Shown: positions 1 to 12,400 of the stretch, in pieces | How positions within the stretch are numbered: position 1 is the first letter of the stretch | Layout of the letters: each line of letters starts with the position of its first letter | Assembly: GCA_049999805.1 (NCBI GenBank) | Contig: JBNGIO010005977.1 | Coordinates: forward strand, 42,077-106,076 | Reading direction: 5' to 3' | Source: Folioceros fuciformis | Lineage: Eukaryota | DNA length: 64,000 bases | Notes under the pieces: generated by a model | The model's database searches: none | Told to the model about the DNA's origin: nothing | The model's input: the letters and a program-made list of their open reading frames with translations, nothing else | Translations under genes and position numbers: made by a program

Positions 1-259
1 ACCATGGACAGATTGGGACGATTCGACCAGAGATGAGATGCGTAAGTTCTAGTTTTGACTTAAACTATTTCATATTAGATAGTTTTATACTAAGTATTTG
101 TTGGTGGGTTGTTGCAGTACTATATTTTACGAAATATATAAATGTTCTGGACTAGGAGCTAATAGCACTAATTTTCCAAGTTATATACGAGAATTATTAA
201 AGGAGGAAGCAAAACCATTTATATCTTTGTTTGTTATAGATGGTGATAGTTGGGCTTGA
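1..259 (+). pseudogene. 3' end of a pectin methylesterase paralog (last two exons), probably frameshifted
   Basis: Reads PWTDWDDST, then a GT-AG intron, then TIFYEIYKCSGLGANSTNFPSYIRELLKEEAKPFISLFVIDGDSWA* (stop 257-259), a typical PME C-terminus. Homologous to 56321-56574. An extra AGATG before the splice donor changes the intron phase. Confidence 0.8.
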
Positions 260-559
260 CTTACCTATGATGTTCTCATTCATAATTTAATATTAGAAGC
301 TAACTAACTTTTCAACTAAATTTTGTTTAGGAACGTAGAATATTTTAATTAGTTTAGACGACCTTCTTTTTACGGCCAAGTTATTGTTTCTTTAGGAAAA
401 CTATGTTGGCACTAAACTGACTGAAGAAAGATCATTGCAAGCATAGACCAAAATAAAGAGTATATTTTAAAGTGCTCTTAAGCTATTTTTTTTCTTCCCA
501 CATGTAATTCTAATAGGTCATCCTATTCCCATGAAACACTACTAATTTTGGATGGAGGT

Positions 560-659
560 NNNNNNNNNNNNNNNNNNNNNNNNNNNNNNNNNNNNNNNNN
601 NNNNNNNNNNNNNNNNNNNNNNNNNNNNNNNNNNNNNNNNNNNNNNNNNNNNNNNNNNN
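560..659. other. Assembly gap (further gaps at 7977-8076 and 35454-35553)
   Basis: Runs of 100 N. Confidence 0.99.
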
Positions 660-797
660 CTTATCTCTATTGTCACATATCATTTTAACAAGGACAAGTG
701 ATAAGCTTGTCACTAATTATTTTGGATGGAGATATCTTGGTGCTTATCTCTATTGTCACATATCATTTTAGCAAGGACAAGTGATAAGCTTGTCACT
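660..797. repeat. Tandem duplication (~83 bp unit) adjoining the 560-659 gap
   Basis: CTTATCTCTATTGTCACATATCATTTTA(A/G)CAAGGACAAGTGATAAGCTTGTCACT occurs twice. The sequence left of the gap also matches the unit. Confidence 0.75.
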
Positions 798-1796
798 CTA
801 GTGGATGATAATCTTAACCTCCACTCAAAGATAATTGCAATGAGTCTAAGATAAAGTTGTAGATGTTGAAGAAGACACCCTTTAGAAGATGTCTTGTTGT
901 GCTCGCAAGTCACATAGATTTGACATCTTATGGTAAGATATGTAGCTTGTTGCTATTTTGCTATCTTGAAACCTCTATGGCTAGCATTGTGCGTTAGTAA
1001 GTCATATTATAGCATAAAGGGTCATCTCTCCAATTTGGGAGAGCGATACATTTCTATCACAGACCCAAAGTAGGTATTAAGTGGTGAACCAAACTTCCCT
1101 TGTTATTGCTGACAAGACTTACTTTCCTTTGAAAGAGCTTCCTTCTTGTTACTGTTAACAAGCCTTACATTCCTTAGAAAAGGCTTTAAGACAGGGCAAG
1201 TAATCCATTTCAACATAGACCTAAGCCATTGATAGAGACTAAAAAGTTTGTCCAGAAATATTGTATTTTAATTTTTTTTCTTATTTTTATAATACAAACT
1301 TACAGCAATATCACTTCATCACAAGTTAAATTGATGAAATATCACAGGCATGAATGAACATATCAAAGGATTCATGACTTTTGACTTGTACGCGACTCGT
1401 AATTCGAGTATTATGAAATAAATAAAATAGAAAATGATGGAACATATCTTAATCCCATTGCCTGTAGTGGGCTTTTGAACAGTTGGATTCCATCGAGAGA
1501 GTCGGGAGACCTAAAAAAGAATCAAGTCGGATCGTACGGTACCATTCGCTATTGACAGCCCTAGAGGGCGTTATTACAGCGCGCGGAAACGTTTCGGTAT
1601 TCCCTCCGACAAACTGCGCCTATAGTGATAGTTTGATCTGTGGAAAGTTCCAGGTTTTCCCGCATTGTCCATCTTTCTCTCTGACGTCGCTTGGGACGCA
1701 ACACTCGCGTCTCGCGTTCTGGCACTGCTCGTACCGGAGCGTTCTGCTGCTCGTTGTTGCCCCGTCGGAACCTCGTCGACACGCCCGAAAGAAGCT

Positions 1797-3227
1797 ATGA
1801 GGTATGGCTTGCTGCCCTTCCTGCTGTGCGTGTCTGTTTCCAGCGGCATGGCCTTTGTGCGTCACGCGGCCTGGAAGCGGTCCGGTTGCCAGTTTTAGCG
1901 GCTCCATATCATGAGGCTTGTGGTTGGCGACGGTGTTAGGGTAAGCGGGAGTGCATGGGTTGTTTGTTGTACTGATTTGGCCGTGGCTTGCATGTTGTGA
2001 CAGTCGGCACCCTGAGGTTGTTTGGGCCCAGAGAACGGACCAGGTCTTCGTGACTGTGGAGTTGCCGGATGCCAGGAACCCGAAAATTAAGCTCGAACCG
2101 GAGGGGAGGTTGACGTTTTCTGCTACAGCTGGTCCCGAGAATCAGGCTTTCGAGCTCGACCTGGAGCTGTTCGATAAAGTGAATGTTGAGGTGAATTTAA
2201 AATTCTATGATTTGTGTTTGAGAGTTTGGTTAGGGGGTCTTTTGGCTTTAAGTGTGGCATCTCGTGCAGTGTTGTGATTCCCTTCTTTTTTTGTGTCTTC
2301 AGACGAGCAAAGTAAATGTGAGTTTGCGGCACACATTGATAGTTATAGATAAGGAAATCAAGGTATGGTGGAAGAGGCTGTTGAAGGCTGAGGGCAAGAC
2401 ACCTCCGTATGTCAAGGTGGACTGGAATAAGTGGGTGGACGAAGATGATGAGAAAGATGCTCCTAAGCGTATGCTTTCTTGACGAAACTCTGCGCACGTT
2501 GGTCAAGTCTCGCAGCAGTTTCACAGGTCAATATCACTTGTTTTGTTTTGTGTGCTGATTTCTCGTTTCCTCGTGTTCGCATTCATGTGCAGTTGACAAC
2601 TTTGATTTAGGGGGCATGGAAGACTTCTCGGTATGTTTAGCTTGTCTTTCGATCGTGTTTTTACATTCTATTTTGGCTGCATGTTGAGCTCGTGGTTCGG
2701 TTGCTGTGTTCTTGAGGGCTGTCTGGGTGCTTTGCCTACACTATTCGGTGAAGAATGCGTAGCATTCTCTGATATGTCATCAATGGGTCTCTGGTACAGG
2801 ACTTGAATGTGGGAGGACCCGACAGCGATGATGAAGAGGATGAAGGTATGCTTTGTAAGTAAATGATAAAGCTGTCTTAGCCTGTTATCAGCATGCCACC
2901 TCAGTCTGTGGAAAGTGTTCCTTTCTCCAGCGCCATATATGGCAAGACGCACACTTTGAAGTGACCTGTTGGTGCACAGCATCAGATATGTGATGCAATG
3001 CATGTTTGCCATCAATCACTAGGCAGGTGAATTTGGAAATGTATGTGGATTCGGGTCATCCTTGCATCTTGGCCATAGGCGGTCTTGCTTGGAAGACTTG
3101 CACTAGTATCAGCGGGTGTCTTGCACTAGTATCAGCGGATTAGTCCGGTGGTTTTGTGTTCGTGGCTTCCATGTTGATCTTGTGGTTTTCTCGTGCAGAT
3201 CTTCCAGAGCTCGAGAAGGCGACCTAA
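1797..3227 (+). CDS. p23: HSP90 co-chaperone p23 (CS domain), 6 exons
   Basis: Exons 1797-1801, 2004-2190, 2303-2468, 2593-2630, 2800-2845 and 3199-3227 with GT-AG introns give [25 protein letters not shown]...[29 protein letters not shown]...[17 protein letters not shown]. Confidence 0.92.
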
Positions 3228-4504
3228 GGAACTGGTTATGGATTGGCATGTGTTGCGCCAAAGAATTCCGACTCTCTGGAGCTCGGAGGGTCCTTGACGC
3301 CTGCCTCTGAGCTCTCTGCCTTGACGCCTGCCTCAGAGCTGTCTACTGCATGTACGTTGTACATTGTGCTGTGAGAACACCTCGTTTGTATTCCGGAGAG
3401 AAGAAGGTAGACAACAATATTTTATGGTCTTGGAAGGTCGTTCGGGGAGTTGAGTATTGTGAGTATTGTCCTGTCGCTACGAGGCGTGTCAGTTCTCGCC
3501 TTTGAACGAGTCGCACTCAGGAAAACCCCGTGACAGCCGTTAATTCACCCTCACGTGCGTCAGGAGACAAAGGCTGTGAAAGATGAAGAGGGATGCACTG
3601 TGTGAATGTGCGGAGAACAAAGATGAACAACTGTATGCTTGTGCTAAATCAGTAAGAACGCGGTACTTCAGTGTCAGAGTCGGTGGAACATTTCTCTCGA
3701 TGTGGTATGCAAGAAATTTGCGGCTAATGCATCTAGGACTTTGGTGGCAGTAGCCGGATCGAACGTCGTGATCGGACCAGCGACTAACCGCGCCACCACA
3801 CCCTCTTTCGATAAATCCTTACATGCATATGGGATCCCCAGAAGGCTAATCTCCCACTTTTAGTATACTGTACTACCTTCGAAGGGAGATTGGCGTTCAA
3901 GTAGGCGAATCTTTCGTTCCGGTCCGTTAACTTGAAGGCCGGAGGTTTGGAGTGTGAAATGCTGACAGGACCGGTAAAGTTTTGAATACGCCGAGTAGAG
4001 ATGAAACTTTAGTGCATAGTAAGAGACTGCGATCTGGAGGCAAGCGACTTTTGAATTGTGTGGACAATAAAGACGCATCTGGACAGAGACGGCTTCGAGA
4101 ACTCTGCCTTCGAATCAGCTAGAAAGCCATAAACCATGCCTGTCTTATCGATCGGGCTCAGATTGAGCGACCAATACAGTCGCGCAGAATTCATTCCAAA
4201 ACCTTAGAGCCTGAGGTAATTCAGATAAAAGAATGATGGATGTGAGACGAGTTCTCATGGGAAATATGATCTGCACAGACATCTCATGCACAAAGCTACA
4301 GGTTGGAAACACCCAAGTGTTTTCTTCCCATGACTACTTGGAGTTCGTGTCCACAGGAAGCACCCCATAGTGTTCTCACTCCGCATCTTGAGATATGAGA
4401 AGTATAGACAGCTAGCGTTACCACCAGAAGACTGTGGAGAGCTGCCTACTCCGAAACTTCACCTGACCTCCAGGTGTCTGGGAGGGAGAAATGTGTGAAA
4501 ATAG

Positions 4505-5863
4505 TCACTTGTATCTTCTCTTCGCTTCGCTGTATAGAATCACTCCAAATACAGTCAATCCGTAACCTAACATCCCTACCACAGAGACCGGGTTTCGAAA
4601 GAGCAAAATTGAGACTACGACAGCCACAGCTCCCTTGGCGTTGCCAAGAACCTGGTAGGAGTACACAAGTCAGCTTCACCAGTTCATTTGAAATAATTGA
4701 AAGAACACCAAGAAACGCACACAGGTCGTGGAGGGCCTCTGCATAAAACCCCCTCACCTGCAGTGTCAAAGCGCTGGTGTGTTTCGTGACCAAAAAGTTT
4801 GTCAAGTTGACAAAGTAAGCCAAGGCCGAATTTATGAGGAGCAATAAAATGATCCCGATGTCTTGCCTTGCAAGAGCAATAGTGATGCCAAGAACATTTG
4901 GTTCTAGTACAAGAGTGGCTGGCAAAAGCACAACTACGGCGATAGGTGCCATGTACAGGAGGAGGTTCATCGAATTCAGCTTTTCTCTGCCACGTAAAGA
5001 GATGGGATGCAATTTAGCAAAACAGATGTTGTGCTGTCTGCTTTCGTTGGCTGGACAGTAGATGGAAACAAGAAAGGCTACTCACCCCTCTGAAGACAGT
5101 AATATCCCCTGCAGCACAGACTTGAGAGCCCTTGCAGCCGTGGCTGCGATACACATGATAAATCCGTACAGATGAAAGCTTGGCTCCCCCTGCAAAACAG
5201 AGCCACGTCACAACAGTAAGAGGAACATTCGCACACAAGATTTGAGAAAGTTGTACAACCAGATCAGATAGTCACAGTGGATCCAATCACGCAAGGATAT
5301 GGAACCACAGAGGTAGAAACACGGAAGCAGATACAAAGAACTGTGTAGGCAGGAAAGTCGCGAGTTGCAGCACTGATAGCTGGACATAGCCTGGTAAACA
5401 AGAGAGCAGGCAGACTTACCCCACTAGCAATGACAACCCCGGCCACCACCGGCACCAGTGACAGATAGACCTGCCATGTTTCTCGCCGAAATGTCATGAC
5501 GTAGGCAAATACCGCCGTGAAAAAGGGAGTAGTGGCTCCTATTGCCTGATTGAAGGAAACTGGCAGGAATCGGAGAGAAATGTTGCCGCTGACAACGGAT
5601 GCACAAAACACAACACTCAAAGCTGATATTTTCATGAACTGCGTCTTCGATCTGATTGTCTGCATTGGCACGAGCTTCATCCAGGCAATTGCAACGTAAC
5701 TGAAGAGCGCACAGGCGGACATGTGACACATGGTGAGGAATATCGGAAATCTGAAGCCATAATTTCCCAGCAGATACTTGTTCAACAGCAACACTCCAAT
5801 ATTGGAGAAATACCAAGATCCAATAGCCGCGATCGTGAACACCCCTTTTGTGCCTGCTGCCAT
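4505..5863 (-). CDS. Nucleotide-sugar / sugar-phosphate translocator (TPT/EamA family), 4 exons
   Basis: Motifs [51 protein letters not shown] and [21 protein letters not shown]. The ATG at 5863 lies in a GCCACCATGG context; the stop is at 4505-4507. Confidence 0.92.
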
Positions 5864-8235
5864 GGTGGCCACCAGCTTAAATCCCGCTCCCCCCTCGCTC
5901 TGATCCCCTGTACGAAAAACTACCTACCTCAAGCTAACCTACTTCTAGCACAATCTTTTCCATCCCTATCCAGACTCCCGCGGAGAACAACCGACACCGT
6001 TCCCAGCTCACAAGCCGTCTCCTGCACAAGGAGCATAGCAATCTGCAGCTGAAAAATGGATCCGCCGCAGGCAATAACTACCAGCCCCTCCTCCTAGCTC
6101 GTGCCTATCATGTCCAGAACTGACCTACTGACTCAGACTTTCCCTCCCACTCCAGGCCTCCCCTCTCCTTCCTGTATCCGATCTGGCAGAAAACAAAGCT
6201 GCCGGGCATGATCTAGTCACCGGTCTCCCCTCCCGCAGATTCACCACCGCAGGCCTCTCAATCCAATAGCGCAATGCTCGCCTTGTATCCGCACAAGCTA
6301 CTACTCCATCTTCGAAGCGCGGCTTCCCGTCCCTAAAACTTCACCTCAAATCAAGGCACAGTTCCCGATCCTGCGTATCACTGTGCCGCGAGCAGAACTC
6401 TCCAAACTGACCTTGGCCTATCCTGCTCAGGCACAAACAATTTTATGGCCTGCGCCGAGAGCGTGGGACGAGACACCAGCACCGAAGGCAAATCGAAGAC
6501 AACCAAATGTGAGCTAGCAGCAAAGGTCGGTAGAGAGAAGGGAAAAAGAAGGAAAAAAAAAAAACAACTCGCTGTTCTTACTCGATTACCAGCCAATCAG
6601 ATAAGTAGTGTGTGCCCATAGCCTCGGCCAGTTCCGGGTCGCAAAGAGCGACGTAATGGACAGTATGGGAGGGCGTCCCAAGTCCAAGCGCTTTTTTTGA
6701 GAATACATATGGGGGACTTAGGAGAAAAGCTTCGGAATAGTAGAGGCATTAAGAAAAAAGGGAACGGACCCGCGACTATTGAACATCCAAGGATTATGGC
6801 GGATTGGGAGGCTGATGATTCTGCATTTGAGACGCGACTCGTGGAATTCGATTAACAGAGTGATGCTAGGGTAAATGAGATTTCAGCGAGTTTGTCGGGA
6901 CTCGCGTGCGAGCTGGGTAGAGCAGGGTCCTGATTTTGTTGGCCTGCGGGGTCCTTTGTTTTCGCGCAGAGGGGCCATTATACCTCCTTTATGGCTCCTG
7001 CCGACAGACGGGGTTAAGGCGCCGGGCCAAGGCCCACGACTCGCGTAACACACGTGGGAGCACGTTTGCGCCTGGCGTAGCCGTGGATCCCGCGCATCCA
7101 CGGCTGGACGTGCCTTTCCTTCACGACCCTGGCTAGGGTACTGTCTCTGGTTAGGTGTCACAGCTCACTCATTGGCCGGGCGTGTATGTACGTTGCCTCC
7201 AAATTGTCAACAGCGACGGTGAACGTGTGCGATGATCGGGAGCGCACTCGTATGGAACCTCGAGTTGCTGCAGAAATTGCACGAGGAACACGACCTTGCG
7301 CACGACCTTGTGCAGTCTTGAAGGAATTCCATTCTTCTGCCAAACCTCTGCCGGCCGAGGTCATGGAAATCGCTGTAGAATTCTTCGTAGATGCGAGAAG
7401 CAATTGTTGCATCCATGTGCGATATGAAAATGGTACCGCATCCGTCGAATGGACCACTTCCTTGCTCTGGAAATGCATGAAAGATGCTAGAAGCACTTGT
7501 TTCATCAATCCCCGATAGGAGAGTTAGTACCTGATTTGTCGAATGGAACATTTCCTGCCTTGGTGCATGGAATTCCGGTTGGGAAAGATGTCGTCCAGAA
7601 AGCGGATCGCTCTTGCAGAAGAAGAATCCGTCGGTAAGCTCTGGCTGGATGGAAGGTTAGCATAATTCCCTGCTTGTTGTGGCCAACACAAGCGTCACCT
7701 TTCAATGCTTCAATACCACGAACGCGCTCTGGTTTCCAGCTGGATGGCACCTTCACCAGAAAAGCAATTTTTGCCTTGTAGGGGCACGGTCATCAAGACG
7801 ATGTCCGAACCTTGTGAACGAGCTACGATAAATTTTTGTCTCCGACAGGGATCTACTGAAGGAGGACTGTCACTCTTCGCGTGCCAAGACTCGGGTGCGA
7901 TTTGTGCGACCTGATCACGACCCGTGAGCTCAGATCGCGTCGACGGGGCGGCTTGAATTCGCGATTTTTGGAGGAANNNNNNNNNNNNNNNNNNNNNNNN
8001 NNNNNNNNNNNNNNNNNNNNNNNNNNNNNNNNNNNNNNNNNNNNNNNNNNNNNNNNNNNNNNNNNNNNNNNNNNNNCCCTACACACATGCTGTACATTTG
8101 TGTGAAGTTGTAGGCAGCGCGTTTGGTGGAGCTCGAATCCGTGGCCGCCTTAGTCACAGACACCGCCAGTCGTGAGCCTTCGGTGGTAGAGTGATTGTCC
8201 TCTTTCGACATTGAGCAGCAGGTACTTGCTTCGTG

Positions 8236-8995
8236 ATGGCAGGGCGGGCGAGGGTGGAGGCCACGCAGACTGATGGTGGTTTCGATGAAGTTCCGGCTTA
8301 CAGTGCGGAGAACATGCAGCACAACATGAGAATCGTGTATTACAGGTCTGTTACGGTGCTGAGGAACGTCCTGGGGCTGTCTTGTGATGGAGACCTAGCT
8401 TGAAGCTGCTTGCACACGTTTTCAATTGTGGCTCATGGTCCCGTATGGTTGGCTGTTTTTCATTGTGCCTACGGGATTATTGCTGGCTAGGTCTCCACGC
8501 TAATATTTTGCAAGCTTGCTACTTGCTGCAGCCGGACGTTTCTGGCCATCATTGCCGGGGTGGTTGCTGGAGTTTTAGGCTTGACTGCATGGTCTGGATT
8601 TTTGTGCTACATCGTGATCATGCTTCTCGGATCTGTTGCCCTAGCTCTGAAGGCTGGCTTCAGGGTCTCCACTTACTTCGACTCAAAGCAACGGGTGTTT
8701 TTCGATGGTGTAACTCAAGGTTTCATGGTGTGTATCAGTGTATGCTGCTGTTCCTGGTGTTGCTCTCTCATCGGTTCGTCAGGCACTGACTTGGGATCTT
8801 GTTCTGTGCTGTCGCCATCTCCCTGAAGTCGTTTGTTCTTTTCTGGACGTATCCTTCAAAGCTCAGCGTCATTTTTGCCCTTTCTGTTTCTGTTTTTGCT
8901 AGGGTCATGAGATTCAATGCTCCTTATGCCACGTCACTCCTTGGCTTCTTTGATACATACCCAGCTTTGCTTACGATATTGTGCACATATTCTGA
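8236..8995 (+). CDS. EMC6: ER membrane protein complex subunit 6 (Rab5-interacting family), 4 exons
   Basis: Exons 8236-8345, 8532-8727, 8829-8848 and 8965-8995 give ...AYSAENMQHNMRIVYYSRTFLAIIAGVVAGVLGLT...FMSFVLFWTFAYDIVHIF*. Confidence 0.9.
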
Positions 8996-9426
8996 TGACG
9001 GTTGTTCAATTCTTGGGCTCCGGGATTTCCCGCACTTTGTAACAAAATTTTGCTGAGATGCACTGGCTACTGAGAGTCCTCGATCCGTTTTTTTCTCGGA
9101 AGGCTCGATTTTGCATTTGTTTGTGACTTCGATCCTTTCGGGTATTCGTCCCGTTGCTTTACTGACTCGTCTATGCGTATGCTTCCTAGCTTCCTGTAGA
9201 AGGCCCCCTCTCGACAAGCCTCCTTTCAACCTCTGCGAATCTCGTGATAGCGACTACTATGAAGGTTGCCTGTATGCAATATTGCATTACGAAACAGGAC
9301 GCAATTTGACCATTAGACGGCAGAGAAGGTCTAGTAGAAAAGAACACCAGAGTTGACTGCGTTTCGTTTATCATGGCCTGACACTGGCAAAAGAATTGAG
9401 GGTACACACAGGAAGAGAAGGCACTT

Positions 9427-12400
9427 TCACTTTTGCCGCTTGCGGTTGGCAAAGACAAGGCACAGAAAGGCAACAACCCTAGTGAGAGCGCCATAGCCCA
9501 CGAGAATACCTATGCACATATTGAATTCATCTAGCCGATACCTCTGCTTTTTGAGGAGCCCACACCTTGATATCAGCCATACCCCGGGGTATCTGCACAG
9601 CAGTCGAAGACGGCTCTTTCAGTCCAAGGAGCAGTTGAGACCCTTTTTCTCTTCCCTCACAGGACGAAGCAACAAACAAAACACATCTTTGGCGGGAAGA
9701 GATTTGAGACGACAATTCATACCTGGAAGCGAGGGCAATCACATACGCCTCTAGTGCCCATTTGGCGAAGCTGATATGAGCTAAACCCCAAACAAAACCA
9801 GAGTTCTTCGTTGCGATCAATGTTCCAATGATGGGGACAAACACAGACCACTGCAACCACAGCCAACAAGTGAGCATGCTACATCAAATTTACTCCAAGG
9901 CGGTGATTCAAGGGGCAGGCAGCTAGAACAGGAACTCACCAACTGAGCAGGACCTGGTTCCATCAGGATTGCAAAGATGTACCCGAATCCAGTTACACAG
10001 TAAATTAGAGCCAGGGTGACAACGTAGTTTGATACGAACGTGGAGCGAGGAGAATTGAAGAAGTAGAACATAGATAGATATACGACAGGCTTGACGACAG
10101 TATTGAAATGGTCCACTGTGTCTTTGGCCAGGAAATATGCTAGTCTGTTGATACCAGAGGCACTTTCCCTGTAATACGTAAGCTTGTCATTGGAAAATGT
10201 CCTCAAGGCTGCAATCATGCACAGGAGCGCTGCAGGGGGGGGACACACACAGTCAGGTAAAATGCGTTGAACAGCAAGAGTGTTAATATGCCACTCTGGA
10301 CCTATTGGAACAACTGTCACAGATGGGTTTCACTTACACAGGGCGATTATGGTGTAGGTGTAGCCCCCTGCTCCCATATTCTGGTCAGTGATGGGGGACA
10401 AAAACCCCAGACATCCACCAGCAAGCAACAAGATAATGTAGTCCTGTAGCTGCAGTCTGGATTCCCGGAATCTCTGTTTTGCAACCCTGCAGCATCATGG
10501 CGTGGTCGTTGTCAGCAACACTACTGGAACAAGCAGCGAGGTACACTCCGGAAATGTGCAAGGGAGCTGCACCTTTTCACGATGACAAGGAATTGTTTGG
10601 AAAATCCAGGAACTTTTCTGCGGGACTCGTCCGGCAACTTGGCAAACGCTGTCTTCAAACCATCAACGCGGACAGCCAGATAGATTTTAAACTCCTCCAG
10701 AGCTTCCTGCATGAAAGTGTTGGTCTTTCCAACCACGTCCCCAAGCTGAATCGTCCTTCTTCTCTGGCTTAACTCAGACCTTCGCCCATCATCCATTGAC
10801 AGCAGGTCATCGGGAGGGATGTCGTACCCCTTATATTGCATCCACAAAATTGGAAGCATATCTTTATCAAAGCCGGGTTTATCTGCAGGCAGCATTATGG
10901 GTGGGCAGACTCAAATCAGGCTTCTGGGCTGCTGACATTCCGCAACCAGCAGAACGCAAACAGGAGACTGTACACTTTCAGTGTTCGGAGACTTGCACAA
11001 ACCTGGTTTGATTAATCCTTCAAGAGTGTCCATGACATGGTCTGGGGGATTGATCCTTTCAGGCACTTTAGCTCCTAACCTCGCAAAATAGTCCTCCACT
11101 TCGGTGACTGGGCCAAGGTATACGGTCCGCCCACCCTTTGCAAGGAACATAACATCATCAAACATCTTGAACAAGCCATAGCTGCCACAGCCACCAACCC
11201 AGGAGAAGGTACTCAGGTGAGACAAAGTGCAAATGCTGGCCTTCATCAAGAACATGATGTAAAGCTAGATCACCTGGGCTGATGCAATACCACACCAACA
11301 TTCACACCAAATGCTGCCTCCCTTCTAAGCGCCTGCAGCACAAGGCGTGATGATGTACTGTCCAAACCTGACGTTGGTTCATCAAGAATGAGCAACGATG
11401 GTTCCATCACCATTTCCAGCCCAACATTCACTCGCTTCCGCTGTCCTCCAGAGATTCCACGCCTCTCCACAGTTCCTACTAGGGAATCTCTTATCAGCGA
11501 CAAACCCAGACCGCTGATGACACGCTCAACTACAAAAATTTTCTCTGCCTGGGGCAGGTTCACTGGAAGCCTGAAAGAAAAAAGCAACCAGACATGAGCT
11601 CATTTTACGATGTCAGGCTGCAAACAGGATGTAATGCGTCAGAGACGTAGCAAGCAGGCGTGCCTGTAATTAGCGCTAAACCACAGATTCTCCTCCACAG
11701 TCAGGGTCCCGTGGACTATGTCATCCTGGGGCACGAAACCAATAATCTTCTTAAAGTGATGGATGGAGCCAGGACGATCATTGATCAGCACACGGCCTGT
11801 TGTGGTGCTATGAGTCGCCTTTCCGGCCAAAGCATTAAGGAAGGTCGTCTTTCCAGCTCCAGAAGGCCCCATGACGGCTGTAATCCTTCGCGGCGATAGC
11901 TCTCCGGTGACATTAGACAAGATCTTCTTACCACTACCTTTCAGATACAGGGACAGGTTCTCGAAGCTCAATTTAATGGGTAGTCGTGCGCTACCATTCC
12001 GAGGATCAGAGTATCCCTCATTCATGGTGAACTTCTCCTTTTCGATTTGTCCATACGCGTACTTGAACATCTGGCTTTGGGTATGTGCCAGAGCTCCTGG
12101 GGCCACGGTCTGGGGCTGTTCCTCTGAAATGCCTTGAGGAAGAGCCACTTCTGGGACGTCATTGGTTGGATAAAGATCTTCCAAGTAATCCGCCTTCGAA
12201 GGCTGTTGTTCGTGGAATGAGCCCTCTTCATCAATAGTAGTGTGGGTCATTACAGTCAGCTGCTGGGACTTAAACATTGCCGGAGACGTGACCGGTCGTC
12301 CATCCGGACCTGGAGGAGCTCTCGGCGTCGTCAGTCTAGACAGAGTCCTTCCAAGTCGATCAGAGATGGCAGATGCATTCTTCACCAACCCTTCCCGCCA

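Larger units (their letters stand above)
1..1180. repeat. Dispersed duplication, copy 1 (PME 3' end plus downstream DNA); partner at about 56321-57455
   Basis: ACCATGGACAGATTGGGACGATTCGACC occurs at 1 and 56321. GATGGAGATATCTTGGTGCTTATCTCTATTG occurs at about 725 and 56880. Further collinear matches continue to about 1180/57455. Confidence 0.85.

Noticed and set aside
6908..6960. tRNA-like GAGCTGGGTAGAGCA
   Set aside because: No T-loop or cloverleaf could be built.
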